A stretch of 64,000 nucleotides of DNA, from NCBI RefSeq assembly GCF_004010195.1, contig NC_057756.1:8158676-8222675 (forward strand). The letters are read 5' to 3'. This document shows positions 50,790-63,470 of the stretch, piece by piece. The first letter of the stretch is position 1, and each line of letters starts with the position of its first letter. Position numbers and translations under genes: made by a program. Source of the DNA: Chiloscyllium plagiosum. Lineage: Eukaryota. Below the pieces are notes generated by a model that did not search any database, was not told where the DNA came from, and saw only the letters and a program-made list of their open reading frames with translations.

Positions 50790-50978
50790 GATGGAACACA
50801 CTGCTGACGACTGGTGGTGAAAGGAGCGAATGGTTGTGGATGTGGTGCTTTGTCCTGGATGGTGCTGAGCTTCTTGAGTGTTGTTGGATCTGCATCCATC
50901 CAGGCAAGTGAGGAATATTCCATTGCACTCCTTCCTTTAGCTCAGAGTTTAACGTGTTGATAATTTTGTATTTGAAAG

Positions 50979-51236
50979 ATTCTCCTCGCAATACGTCTGT
51001 CAGAATGACAACAGGAAAAGGAAAGACCATTTCTTTAAGCTGTTCTAGTGATGGGAATCCAGCTGTCCACAGATTCAACTGGTTCAAGATTTCCGAAGGG
51101 AATGTCACCAATCTGACATTATCTGGTCAAACTATCACTGTTCCTTATGGATTTGAGGTGGAAATCTCCTACTACTGTGTTGCAACAAACAGCCTGGGCA
51201 GCTCACAGTCTCTCCCTGTTCATATTCCCACAGAAT
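50979..51236 (+). CDS. C2-type Ig exon (domain 4), duplicate of the domain 3 exon
   Basis: 258-nt phase 1-1 exon with the same splice sites; four amino-acid differences from 46918-47175. Confidence 0.9.
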
Positions 51237-51280
51237 GTGAGTACTTTTAATCCTCGTTTTAAAACAATTTCACATTTTCT

Positions 51281-51368
51281 AAGAGTCTGGTGCTGGAAAA
51301 GCACAGCTGGTCAGGCAGCATCCAAGGAGCAGGAGAATAAATGTTTCGGGTATAAACCCTTCATCAGG
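51281..51368 (-). mobile_element. Penelope family-1 terminal fragment with hammerhead motif
   Basis: Minus strand reads c-CTGATGA-a-gggt-ttat-accc-GAAA-ca-TT. Confidence 0.75.
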
Positions 51369-51369
51369 T

Positions 51370-51795
51370 GACATAAGAGAGGTAGAATCAGTTAAGACTA
51401 TACTCACTGGAGTTCAGAAGAATGAGGGGGGAATCTCATAGAAACCTACAAAACTCTAAGAGGACTAGAGAGGGTAAACAGTTAGGCTAGATCTGAGGAT
51501 CACAGTGTAAACATACAGAGTAGTCCTTTTAGGACAGAAATGAGGAGAAATCTCTTCACCTATAGCATGGGGAGCCTGTGGAATTCTCCGCCATAGAAAG
51601 CAGTTGAGGCCAAATCACTGAATGCTTACAAGAAGAAGATTAAGTGTTTGGGACTAAAGGAATCAGAATGTATGGACAGAGAGAGCAAGAACAGGGCGGT
51701 GAGTTGGATGATCAGTCATGATCCGATTGAATGGAGAATTGGTTTGAGGGGCGAAATGGCCTACTCCTGTTCCTATTTTCTATGTTGCTATGACT
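51370..51795 (+). mobile_element. CR1 LINE 3' fragment
   Basis: YSLEFRRMRG-like segment, TTTAGGACAGAAATGAGGAGAAAT, and tail GGCCTACTCCTGTTCCTATTTTCTATG. Confidence 0.78.
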
Positions 51796-52042
51796 TTGGA
51801 GCTAAATGGCATTATGGCATTTATCACAAAGGGAACCAGGTGGAGCTTGACAATAAGGAATACCAGGTACATGATCATTGTCCCTGAGAATTGCATAATG
51901 TGAAATTAAATTGAACCACCTCTTAGTGGTTCCTAAACAAGTTCTTAGGGCGTTAGTGAGTCTGACTGGGTGTCCAGCCCAGTGACATTACTACAACACC
52001 ATGGTGTCCCCCTGAACTCATTGTTTTTACTGTGTCTCACAG

Positions 52043-52345
52043 ATGGTGCTGTCATATTGCCAGAGTCAAGGTGTACCCAGTATCAGACCTACATCATCTG
52101 CCTGTGTCTGGTCCAGACCAACTCCACTGTTAACGTCACATGGGCTCTTCCAGATGGAAGCACTGGTGAGACGGGATCAGATGGAATCTATGAAGCACAG
52201 TCAGTCACAAACAGCTCCTTGATGACCAACACTCTCACCATCAGAGGTGGAAAATTGTTTGAGGGGATAAACTGCTCCATAGCAGACGATGGAGGTGGAA
52301 GACCCTTACAGAGGCTTTTGGAAATCCAGTCTGATGGCAGGCCAG
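52043..52345 (+). CDS. Membrane-proximal Ig exon (domain 5) of MAG domain 5 type
   Basis: 303-nt phase 1-1 exon: YGAVILPESRCTQYQTYIICLCLVQTNS...VTW...TLTIRG...INCS. The ES.C...C.C pattern recalls MAG domain 5; G|GTCAGT donor. Confidence 0.85.
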
Positions 52346-52959
52346 GTCAGTATCTGCCCAAGGTCAATTTAACAAAAGCTTTCCTTTTAAAAGAAATAAT
52401 TCACAGGATGTGGGTATCACTGCCTAGGCCAGCACTTATTGGTCATCCCTAACTCACCCTTGTGAAGGTGCTAGTGAGCTGCTGTCCATGTGATCAAGGG
52501 ACACCTGCACTGCTGAGTGAGCTGATATTCATGCCCCACTGTTCATGAAATAATCACCAAAGATCACAACTAGACCACCAATTCATCTGACTGGATAAAA
52601 GGAATCTACAGCAGGTTTTGTAATTAATAAAAAGTTGCTTTATTTATTGGAACACACTTAACTTCAATAAGAGCAGAAAAATTAATGGACTTCTAATTTA
52701 CTACAATGCAACTGAGACTCTACCCCTTCAGAACAGCAAAATACACACACACACACACACTTGTTCAGAATTAAGACAGACAAATGACTGACAGTTTTAC
52801 ACAAAGACAATGGATGCAAAACAATATAGACAGAGTAAAGTAAACTTTGAAGATCAAAACTCAGTCTGCAAGGTGAACAATCATTTTCGAATATAGGAGC
52901 ATGAATTTTTAATTTTAGCAACATTGACATGAATTTTTTTCTAGGTGATGGTTGCTATC

Positions 52960-54607
52960 TAGAGTCTTAGAGATGTACAGCATGGAAACAGACACTTCAG
53001 TCCAACCCGTCCATGGCGACCAGATATCCCAACCCAATCTAGTCCCACCTGCCAGCACCCAGCCCATATCCCTCCAAACCCTTCCTATTCATATACCTAT
53101 CCAAATGCCTCTTAAATGTTGCAATTGTACCAGCCTCCACCACATCCTCTGGCAGCCCATTCCATACACGTACCACCCTCTGCGTGAAAAGGTTGCCCCT
53201 TAGGTGTCTTTTATATCTTTCCCCTCTCACCCTAAACCTATGCCCTCTAGTTCTGGACTCCCCGACCNNNNNNNNNNNNNNNNNNNNNNNNNNNNNNNNN
53301 NNNNNNNNNNNNNNNNNNNNNNNNNNNNNNNNNNNNNNNNNNNNNNNNNNNNNNNNNNNNNNNNNNNNNNNNNNNNNNNNNNNNNNNNNNNNNNNNNNNN
53401 NNNNNNNNNNNNNNNNNNNNNNNNNNNNNNNNNNNNNNNNNNNNNNNNNNNNNNNNNNNNNNNNNNNNNNNNNNNNNNNNNNNNNNNNNNNNNNNNNNNN
53501 NNNNNNNNNNNNNNNNNNNNNNNNNNNNNNNNNNNNNNNNNNNNNNNNNNNNNNNNNNNNNNNNNNNNNNNNNNNNNNNNNNNNNNNNNNNNNNNNNNNN
53601 NNNNNNNNNNNNNNNNNNNNNNNNNNNNNNNNNNNNNNNNNNNNNNNNNNNNNNNNNNNNNNNNNNNNNNNNNNNNNNNNNNNNNNNNNNNNNNNNNNNN
53701 NNNNNNNNNNNNNNNNNNNNNNNNNNNNNNNNNNNNNNNNNNNNNNNNNNNNNNNNNNNNNNNNNNNNNNNNNNNNNNNNNNNNNNNNNNNNNNNNNNNN
53801 NNNNNNNNNNNNNNNNNNNNNNNNNNNNNNNNNNNNNNNNNNNNNNNNNNNNNNNNNNNNNNNNNNNNNNNNNNNNNNNNNNNNNNNNNNNNNNNNNNNN
53901 NNNNNNNNNNNNNNNNNNNNNNNNNNNNNNNNNNNNNNNNNNNNNNNNNNNNNNNNNNNNNNNNNNNNNNNNNNNNNNNNNNNNNNNNNNNNNNNNNNNN
54001 NNNNNNNNNNNNNNNNNNNNNNNNNNNNNNNNNNNNNNNNNNNNNNNNNNNNNNNNNNNNNNNNNNNNNNNNNNNNNNNNNNNNNNNNNNNCTTTCCAAA
54101 TACATGTACATCCTGTCCCTCAGGATTCCCTCCAACAACTTGCCCACCACAGAGGTCAGGCTCACCGGTCTATAGTTCCCTGGCTTGTCCTTACCACCCT
54201 TCTTTAACAGTGGCACCACGTTTGCCAACCTCCAGTCTTCCGGCACTTCACCTGTGATATCAATGATACAAATATTTCAGCAAGAGGCCCAGCAAGCACT
54301 TCTCCAGCTTCCCACAGAGTTCTCGGATACACCTGATCAGGTCCTGGGGATTTATCCACCTTTAACCGTTTCAAGACATCCAGCACTTCCTCCTCTGTCA
54401 TCTGGACATTTTGCAAGATGTCACCATCTATTTCCCTACAGTATATATCTTCCATATCCTTTTCCACAGTAAATACTGATGCAAAGTACTTGTTTAGTAT
54501 CTCCCCCATTTTCTGTGGCTCCACACAAAGGCCGCCTTGCTGATCTTTGAGGGGCCCTATTCTTTCCCTAGTTACCCTTTTATCCTTCACCTATTTGTAA
54601 AAACCCT
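52960..54607 (-). mobile_element. Young CR1 LINE ORF2 fragment and 3' tail spanning a gap
   Basis: ILNKYFASVFT, KSPGPD, PEDWRLANVVPLLKKG...NYRPVSLTS, FTQRVVRVWNGLP. Confidence 0.9.
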
Positions 54608-55074
54608 AATTTACTGTTTGGCTGGTTACATCTTGGTCTTTTCTCAATTTATATAAAGATTTTGCAGTTATCTCTGCAAGAGGTAAAGAAAGTCGGATAG
54701 ATGGGTGCTTTCCAGTTGCAGGCACTGCATGTTCCTCTCAATCGCCATGGCACTTAGAACACAACCTATCAGTCAGCTGTTGTCAGGCAGAATTTGTTTA
54801 CCTCACTGTGCAATCTCAAACTTAAACTCTCACCACTTCAAATAGCAACACTGGACTGCTGAGCTCAATTAATAAGCAGAACATGACTTTCAAGTTATGA
54901 AACTCTCCTGGTGTTTCAATTATACAAAACTAGACTCCATTTCATTTTATAGCTCTAAAGGAGAAAACTGTGGGGCCTGTTGCAAAAGTATAAATTTGCC
55001 ATTATACAACCAGGATATGACCACCTATCATAACAATTGTGAATAATAATCACTATGTTCAGTGCTTCTCTCCT

Positions 55075-58000
55075 GTTGTCGAAGGGTCAGCACTGAGGGA
55101 ATGCCTCACTGTTGGAGGTTCAGTGCTGAGGGAGCTCTGCACTGTCGGAGGGTCAGTGTCGAGGGAGTGTCTCACTGTCGGAGGGTCAGTGCTAAGGGAG
55201 CTCTGCACTGTCGGAGGGTCAGTGCTGAGGGAGCGCCGCACTGTCGGAGGGTCAGTGCTGACGGAGCACTGCAGTGTAGGAGGGTCAGTACTGAGGGTGT
55301 GCTGCACTGTTAAAGGGTCAGTGCTGAGGGAGCGCTGCAGTGTAGAAAGGTCAGTACTGAGGGAGTGCCGCACTGTCAGAGGGTCAGTGCTGAGGGAGCA
55401 CTGCACTGTCAGAGGGTCAGTGCTGAGGGAGTACTGCACTGTCAGAGGGTCAGTGCTGAGGGGGCACTGCAGTGTAGGAGGGTCAGTACTGAGGGAGTGC
55501 TGCAGTGTAGAAGGGTCAGTATTGAGGGTGTGCTGGGTCAGCGCTGATGGAGCACTGCAGTGTAGGAGTGTCAGTACTGAGGGAGTGCAACACTATAGAA
55601 GGGTCAGTACTGAGGGTGTGCGGCACTGTCAGAGGGTCAGCGCTGATGGAGCACTGCAGTGTAGGAGTGTCAGTACTGAGGGAGTGCAACACTATAGAAG
55701 GGTCAGTACTGAGGGTGTGCGGCACTGTCAGAGGGTCAGCGCTGATGGAGCACTGCAGTGTAGGAGTGTCAGTACTGAGGGAGTGCAACACTATAGAAGG
55801 GTCAGTACTGAGGGTGTGCGGCACTGTCAGAGGGTCAGCGCTGATGGAGCACTGCAGTGTAGGAGTGTCAGTACTGAGGGAGTGCAACACTATAGAAGGG
55901 TCAGTACTGAGGGTGTGCGGCACTGTCAGAGGGTCAGCGCTGATGGAGCACTGCAGTGTAGGAGTGTCAGTACTGAGGGAGTGCAACACTATAGAAGGGT
56001 CAGTACTGAGGGTGTGCGGCACTGTCAGAGGGTCAGCGCTGATGGAGCACTGCAGTGTAGGAGTGTCAGTACTGAGGGAGTGCAACACTATAGAAGGGTC
56101 AGTACTGAGGGTGTGCGGCACTGTCAGAGGGTCAGCGCTGATGGAGCACTGCAGTGTAGGAGTGTCAGTACTGAGGGAGTGCAACACTATAGAAGGGTCA
56201 GTACTGAGGGTGTGCGGCACTGTCAGAGGGTCAGCGCTGATGGAGCACTGCAGTGTAGGAGTGTCAGTACTGAGGGAGTGCAACACTATAGAAGGGTCAG
56301 TACTGAGGGTGTGCGGCACTGTCAGAGGGTCAGCGCTGATGGAGCACTGCAGTGTAGGAGTGTCAGTACTGAGGGAGTGCAACACTATAGAAGGGTCAGT
56401 ACTGAGGGTGTGCGGCACTGTCAGAGGGTCAGCGCTGATGGAGCACTGCAGTGTAGGAGTGTCAGTACTGAGGGAGTGCAACACTATAGAAGGGTCAGTA
56501 CTGAGGGTGTGCGGCACTGTCAGAGGGTCAGCGCTGATGGAGCACTGCAGTGTAGGAGTGTCAGTACTGAGGGAGTGCAACACTATAGAAGGGTCAGTAC
56601 TGAGGGTGTGCGGCACTGTCAGAGGGTCAGCGCTGATGGAGCACTGCAGTGTAGGAGTGTCAGTACTGAGGGAGTGCAACACTATAGAAGGGTCAGTACT
56701 GAGGGTGTGCGGCACTGTCAGAGGGTCAGCGCTGATGGAGCACTGCAGTGTAGGAGTGTCAGTACTGAGGGAGTGCAACACTATAGAAGGGTCAGTACTG
56801 AGGGTGTGCGGCACTGTCAGAGGGTCAGCGCTGATGGAGCACTGCAGTGTAGGAGTGTCAGTACTGAGGGAGTGCAACACTATAGAAGGGTCAGTACTGA
56901 GGGTGTGCGGCACTGTCAGAGGGTCAGCGCTGATGGAGCACTGCAGTGTAGGAGTGTCAGTACTGAGGGAGTGCAACACTATAGAAGGGTCAGTACTGAG
57001 GGTGTGCGGCACTGTCAGAGGGTCAGCGCTGATGGAGCACTGCAGTGTAGGAGTGTCAGTACTGAGGGAGTGCAACACTATAGAAGGGTCAGTACTGAGG
57101 GTGTGCGGCACTGTCAGAGGGTCAGCGCTGATGGAGCACTGCAGTGTAGGAGTGTCAGTACTGAGGGAGTGCAACACTATAGAAGGGTCAGTACTGAGGG
57201 TGTGCGGCACTGTCAGAGGGTCAGCGCTGATGGAGCACTGCAGTGTAGGAGTGTCAGTACTGAGGGAGTGCAACACTATAGAAGGGTCAGTACTGAGGGT
57301 GTGCGGCACTGTCAGAGGGTCAGCGCTGATGGAGCACTGCAGTGTAGGAGTGTCAGTACTGAGGGAGTGCAACACTATAGAAGGGTCAGTACTGAGGGTG
57401 TGCGGCACTGTCAGAGGGTCAGCGCTGATGGAGCACTGCAGTGTAGGAGTGTCAGTACTGAGGGAGTGCAACACTATAGAAGGGTCAGTACTGAGGGTGT
57501 GCGGCACTGTCAGAGGGTCAGCGCTGATGGAGCACTGCAGTGTAGGAGTGTCAGTACTGAGGGAGTGCAACACTATAGAAGGGTCAGTACTGAGGGTGTG
57601 CGGCACTGTCAGAGGGTCAGCGCTGATGGAGCACTGCAGTGTAGGAGTGTCAGTACTGAGGGAGTGCAACACTATAGAAGGGTCAGTACTGAGGGTGTGC
57701 GGCACTGTCAGAGGGTCAGCGCTGATGGAGCACTGCAGTGTAGGAGTGTCAGTACTGAGGGAGTGCAACACTATAGAAGGGTCAGTACTGAGGGTGTGCG
57801 GCACTGTCAGAGGGTCAGCGCTGATGGAGCACTGCAGTGTAGGAGTGTCAGTACTGAGGGAGTGCAACACTATAGAAGGGTCAGTACTGAGGGTGTGCGG
57901 CACTGTCAGAGGGTCAGCGCTGATGGAGCACTGCAGTGTAGGAGTGTCAGTACTGAGGGAGTGCAACACTATAGAAGGGTCAGTACTGAGGGTGTGCGGC

Positions 58001-61000
58001 ACTGTCAGAGGGTCAGCGCTGATGGAGCACTGCAGTGTAGGAGTGTCAGTACTGAGGGAGTGCAACACTATAGAAGGGTCAGTACTGAGGGTGTGCGGCA
58101 CTGTCAGAGGGTCAGCGCTGATGGAGCACTGCAGTGTAGGAGTGTCAGTACTGAGGGAGTGCAACACTATAGAAGGGTCAGTACTGAGGGTGTGCGGCAC
58201 TGTCAGAGGGTCAGCGCTGATGGAGCACTGCAGTGTAGGAGTGTCAGTACTGAGGGAGTGCAACACTATAGAAGGGTCAGTACTGAGGGTGTGCGGCACT
58301 GTCAGAGGGTCAGCGCTGATGGAGCACTGCAGTGTAGGAGTGTCAGTACTGAGGGAGTGCAACACTATAGAAGGGTCAGTACTGAGGGTGTGCGGCACTG
58401 TCAGAGGGTCAGCGCTGATGGAGCACTGCAGTGTAGGAGTGTCAGTACTGAGGGAGTGCAACACTATAGAAGGGTCAGTACTGAGGGTGTGCGGCACTGT
58501 CAGAGGGTCAGCGCTGATGGAGCACTGCAGTGTAGGAGTGTCAGTACTGAGGGAGTGCAACACTATAGAAGGGTCAGTACTGAGGGTGTGCGGCACTGTC
58601 AGAGGGTCAGCGCTGATGGAGCACTGCAGTGTAGGAGTGTCAGTACTGAGGGAGTGCAACACTATAGAAGGGTCAGTACTGAGGGTGTGCGGCACTGTCA
58701 GAGGGTCAGCGCTGATGGAGCACTGCAGTGTAGGAGTGTCAGTACTGAGGGAGTGCAACACTATAGAAGGGTCAGTACTGAGGGTGTGCGGCACTGTCAG
58801 AGGGTCAGCGCTGATGGAGCACTGCAGTGTAGGAGTGTCAGTACTGAGGGAGTGCAACACTATAGAAGGGTCAGTACTGAGGGTGTGCGGCACTGTCAGA
58901 GGGTCAGCGCTGATGGAGCACTGCAGTGTAGGAGTGTCAGTACTGAGGGAGTGCAACACTATAGAAGGGTCAGTACTGAGGGTGTGCGGCACTGTCAGAG
59001 GGTCAGCGCTGATGGAGCACTGCAGTGTAGGAGTGTCAGTACTGAGGGAGTGCAACACTATAGAAGGGTCAGTACTGAGGGTGTGCGGCACTGTCAGAGG
59101 GTCAGCGCTGATGGAGCACTGCAGTGTAGGAGTGTCAGTACTGAGGGAGTGCAACACTATAGAAGGGTCAGTACTGAGGGTGTGCGGCACTGTCAGAGGG
59201 TCAGCGCTGATGGAGCACTGCAGTGTAGGAGTGTCAGTACTGAGGGAGTGCAACACTATAGAAGGGTCAGTACTGAGGGTGTGCGGCACTGTCAGAGGGT
59301 CAGCGCTGATGGAGCACTGCAGTGTAGGAGTGTCAGTACTGAGGGAGTGCAACACTATAGAAGGGTCAGTACTGAGGGTGTGCGGCACTGTCAGAGGGTC
59401 AGCGCTGATGGAGCACTGCAGTGTAGGAGTGTCAGTACTGAGGGAGTGCAACACTATAGAAGGGTCAGTACTGAGGGTGTGCGGCACTGTCAGAGGGTCA
59501 GCGCTGATGGAGCACTGCAGTGTAGGAGTGTCAGTACTGAGGGAGTGCAACACTATAGAAGGGTCAGTACTGAGGGTGTGCGGCACTGTCAGAGGGTCAG
59601 CGCTGATGGAGCACTGCAGTGTAGGAGTGTCAGTACTGAGGGAGTGCAACACTATAGAAGGGTCAGTACTGAGGGTGTGCGGCACTGTCAGAGGGTCAGC
59701 GCTGATGGAGCACTGCAGTGTAGGAGTGTCAGTACTGAGGGAGTGCAACACTATAGAAGGGTCAGTACTGAGGGTGTGCGGCACTGTCAGAGGGTCAGCG
59801 CTGATGGAGCACTGCAGTGTAGGAGTGTCAGTACTGAGGGAGTGCAACACTATAGAAGGGTCAGTACTGAGGGTGTGCGGCACTGTCAGAGGGTCAGCGC
59901 TGATGGAGCACTGCAGTGTAGGAGTGTCAGTACTGAGGGAGTGCAACACTATAGAAGGGTCAGTACTGAGGGTGTGCGGCACTGTCAGAGGGTCAGCGCT
60001 GATGGAGCACTGCAGTGTAGGAGTGTCAGTACTGAGGGAGTGCAACACTATAGAAGGGTCAGTACTGAGGGTGTGCGGCACTGTCAGAGGGTCAGCGCTG
60101 ATGGAGCACTGCAGTGTAGGAGTGTCAGTACTGAGGGAGTGCAACACTATAGAAGGGTCAGTACTGAGGGTGTGCGGCACTGTCAGAGGGTCAGCGCTGA
60201 TGGAGCACTGCAGTGTAGGAGTGTCAGTACTGAGGGAGTGCAACACTATAGAAGGGTCAGTACTGAGGGTGTGCGGCACTGTCAGAGGGTCAGCGCTGAT
60301 GGAGCACTGCAGTGTAGGAGTGTCAGTACTGAGGGAGTGCAACACTATAGAAGGGTCAGTACTGAGGGTGTGCGGCACTGTCAGAGGGTCAGCGCTGATG
60401 GAGCACTGCAGTGTAGGAGTGTCAGTACTGAGGGAGTGCAACACTATAGAAGGGTCAGTACTGAGGGTGTGCGGCACTGTCAGAGGGTCAGCGCTGATGG
60501 AGCACTGCAGTGTAGGAGTGTCAGTACTGAGGGAGTGCAACACTATAGAAGGGTCAGTACTGAGGGTGTGCGGCACTGTCAGAGGGTCAGCGCTGATGGA
60601 GCACTGCAGTGTAGGAGTGTCAGTACTGAGGGAGTGCAACACTATAGAAGGGTCAGTACTGAGGGTGTGCGGCACTGTCAGAGGGTCAGCGCTGATGGAG
60701 CACTGCAGTGTAGGAGTGTCAGTACTGAGGGAGTGCAACACTATAGAAGGGTCAGTACTGAGGGTGTGCGGCACTGTCAGAGGGTCAGCGCTGATGGAGC
60801 ACTGCAGTGTAGGAGTGTCAGTACTGAGGGAGTGCAACACTATAGAAGGGTCAGTACTGAGGGTGTGCGGCACTGTCAGAGGGTCAGCGCTGATGGAGCA
60901 CTGCAGTGTAGGAGTGTCAGTACTGAGGGAGTGCAACACTATAGAAGGGTCAGTACTGAGGGTGTGCGGCACTGTCAGAGGGTCAGCGCTGATGGAGCAC

Positions 61001-63470
61001 TGCAGTGTAGGAGTGTCAGTACTGAGGGAGTGCAACACTATAGAAGGGTCAGTACTGAGGGTGTGCGGCACTGTCAGAGGGTCAGCGCTGATGGAGCACT
61101 GCAGTGTAGGAGTGTCAGTACTGAGGGAGTGCAACACTATAGAAGGGTCAGTACTGAGGGTGTGCGGCACTGTCAGAGGGTCAGCGCTGATGGAGCACTG
61201 CAGTGTAGGAGTGTCAGTACTGAGGGAGTGCAACACTATAGAAGGGTCAGTACTGAGGGTGTGCGGCACTGTCAGAGGGTCAGCGCTGATGGAGCACTGC
61301 AGTGTAGGAGTGTCAGTACTGAGGGAGTGCAACACTATAGAAGGGTCAGTACTGAGGGTGTGCGGCACTGTCAGAGGGTCAGCGCTGATGGAGCACTGCA
61401 GTGTAGGAGTGTCAGTACTGAGGGAGTGCAACACTATAGAAGGGTCAGTACTGAGGGTGTGCGGCACTGTCAGAGGGTCAGCGCTGATGGAGCACTGCAG
61501 TGTAGGAGTGTCAGTACTGAGGGAGTGCAACACTATAGAAGGGTCAGTACTGAGGGTGTGCGGCACTGTCAGAGGGTCAGCGCTGATGGAGCACTGCAGT
61601 GTAGGAGTGTCAGTACTGAGGGAGTGCAACACTATAGAAGGGTCAGTACTGAGGGTGTGCGGCACTGTCAGAGGGTCAGCGCTGATGGAGCACTGCAGTG
61701 TAGGAGTGTCAGTACTGAGGGAGTGCAACACTATAGAAGGGTCAGTACTGAGGGTGTGCGGCACTGTCAGAGGGTCAGCGCTGATGGAGCACTGCAGTGT
61801 AGGAGTGTCAGTACTGAGGGAGTGCAACACTATAGAAGGGTCAGTACTGAGGGTGTGCGGCACTGTCAGAGGGTCAGCGCTGATGGAGCACTGCAGTGTA
61901 GGAGTGTCAGTACTGAGGGAGTGCAACACTATAGAAGGGTCAGTACTGAGGGTGTGCGGCACTGTCAGAGGGTCAGCGCTGATGGAGCACTGCAGTGTAG
62001 GAGTGTCAGTACTGAGGGAGTGCAACACTATAGAAGGGTCAGTACTGAGGGTGTGCGGCACTGTCAGAGGGTCAGCGCTGATGGAGCACTGCAGTGTAGG
62101 AGTGTCAGTACTGAGGGAGTGCAACACTATAGAAGGGTCAGTACTGAGGGTGTGCGGCACTGTCAGAGGGTCAGCGCTGATGGAGCACTGCAGTGTAGGA
62201 GTGTCAGTACTGAGGGAGTGCAACACTATAGAAGGGTCAGTACTGAGGGTGTGCGGCACTGTCAGAGGGTCAGCGCTGATGGAGCACTGCAGTGTAGGAG
62301 TGTCAGTACTGAGGGAGTGCAACACTATAGAAGGGTCAGTACTGAGGGTGTGCGGCACTGTCAGAGGGTCAGCGCTGATGGAGCACTGCAGTGTAGGAGT
62401 GTCAGTACTGAGGGAGTGCAACACTATAGAAGGGTCAGTACTGAGGGTGTGCGGCACTGTCAGAGGGTCAGCGCTGATGGAGCACTGCAGTGTAGGAGTG
62501 TCAGTACTGAGGGAGTGCAACACTATAGAAGGGTCAGTACTGAGGGTGTGCGGCACTGTCAGAGGGTCAGCGCTGATGGAGCACTGCAGTGTAGGAGTGT
62601 CAGTACTGAGGGAGTGCAACACTATAGAAGGGTCAGTACTGAGGGTGTGCGGCACTGTCAGAGGGTCAGCGCTGATGGAGCACTGCAGTGTAGGAGTGTC
62701 AGTACTGAGGGAGTGCAACACTATAGAAGGGTCAGTACTGAGGGTGTGCGGCACTGTCAGAGGGTCAGCGCTGATGGAGCACTGCAGTGTAGGAGTGTCA
62801 GTACTGAGGGAGTGCAACACTATAGAAGGGTCAGTACTGAGGGTGTGCGGCACTGTCAGAGGGTCAGCGCTGATGGAGCACTGCAGTGTAGGAGTGTCAG
62901 TACTGAGGGAGTGCAACACTATAGAAGGGTCAGTACTGAGGGTGTGCGGCACTGTCAGAGGGTCAGCGCTGATGGAGCACTGCAGTGTAGGAGTGTCAGT
63001 ACTGAGGGAGTGCAACACTATAGAAGGGTCAGTACTGAGGGTGTGCGGCACTGTCAGAGGGTCAGCGCTGATGGAGCACTGCAGTGTAGGAGTGTCAGTA
63101 CTGAGGGAGTGCAACACTATAGAAGGGTCAGTACTGAGGGTGTGCGGCACTGTCAGAGGGTCAGCGCTGATGGAGCACTGCAGTGTAGGAGTGTCAGTAC
63201 TGAGGGAGTGCAACACTATAGAAGGGTCAGTACTGAGGGTGTGCGGCACTGTTGGAGGGTCAGTGCCGAGGGAGTGCAACACTATAGAAGGGTCAGTACT
63301 GAGGGTGTGCGGCACTGTCAGAGGGTCAGCGCTGATGGAGCACTGCAGTGTAGGAGTGTCAGTACTGAGGGAGTGCAACACTATAGAAGGGTCAGTACTG
63401 AGGGTGTGCGGCACTGTTGGAGGGTCAGTGCTGAAGGAATGCCATGCTGTCAGAGGGTCAGTGATGAGAA
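55075..63470 (-). repeat. 33-bp satellite array with a homogeneous 99-bp (3 x 33) higher-order repeat, 78 units at 55535-63256
   Basis: Unit GGGTCAGCGCTGATGGAGCACTGCAGTGTAGGA-GTGTCAGTACTGAGGGAGTGCAACACTATAGAA-GGGTCAGTACTGAGGGTGTGCGGCACTGTCAGA; 7722/99 = 78; diverged monomers flank both ends. Confidence 0.97.

Noticed and set aside
37752..52345. Assigning the gene symbol MAG
   Set aside because: The architecture is MAG-like, but the sequence looks divergent, lacks the key Arg and has near-identical domains 3 and 4; orthology needs a phylogeny.
15611..54257. Long poly-X ORFs at 15611-16330, 17956-18981, 23910-24863 and 53184-54257
   Set aside because: They are open only because they cross N gaps.
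52346..55075. Transmembrane or cytoplasmic exon of the Siglec-like gene
   Set aside because: No hydrophobic phase 1 exon with good splice sites was found; it probably lies beyond the window.
30103..63470. CRISPR-like reading of the 33-bp repeats
   Set aside because: Units are contiguous with no unique spacers, there are no cas genes, and the context is a vertebrate genome.
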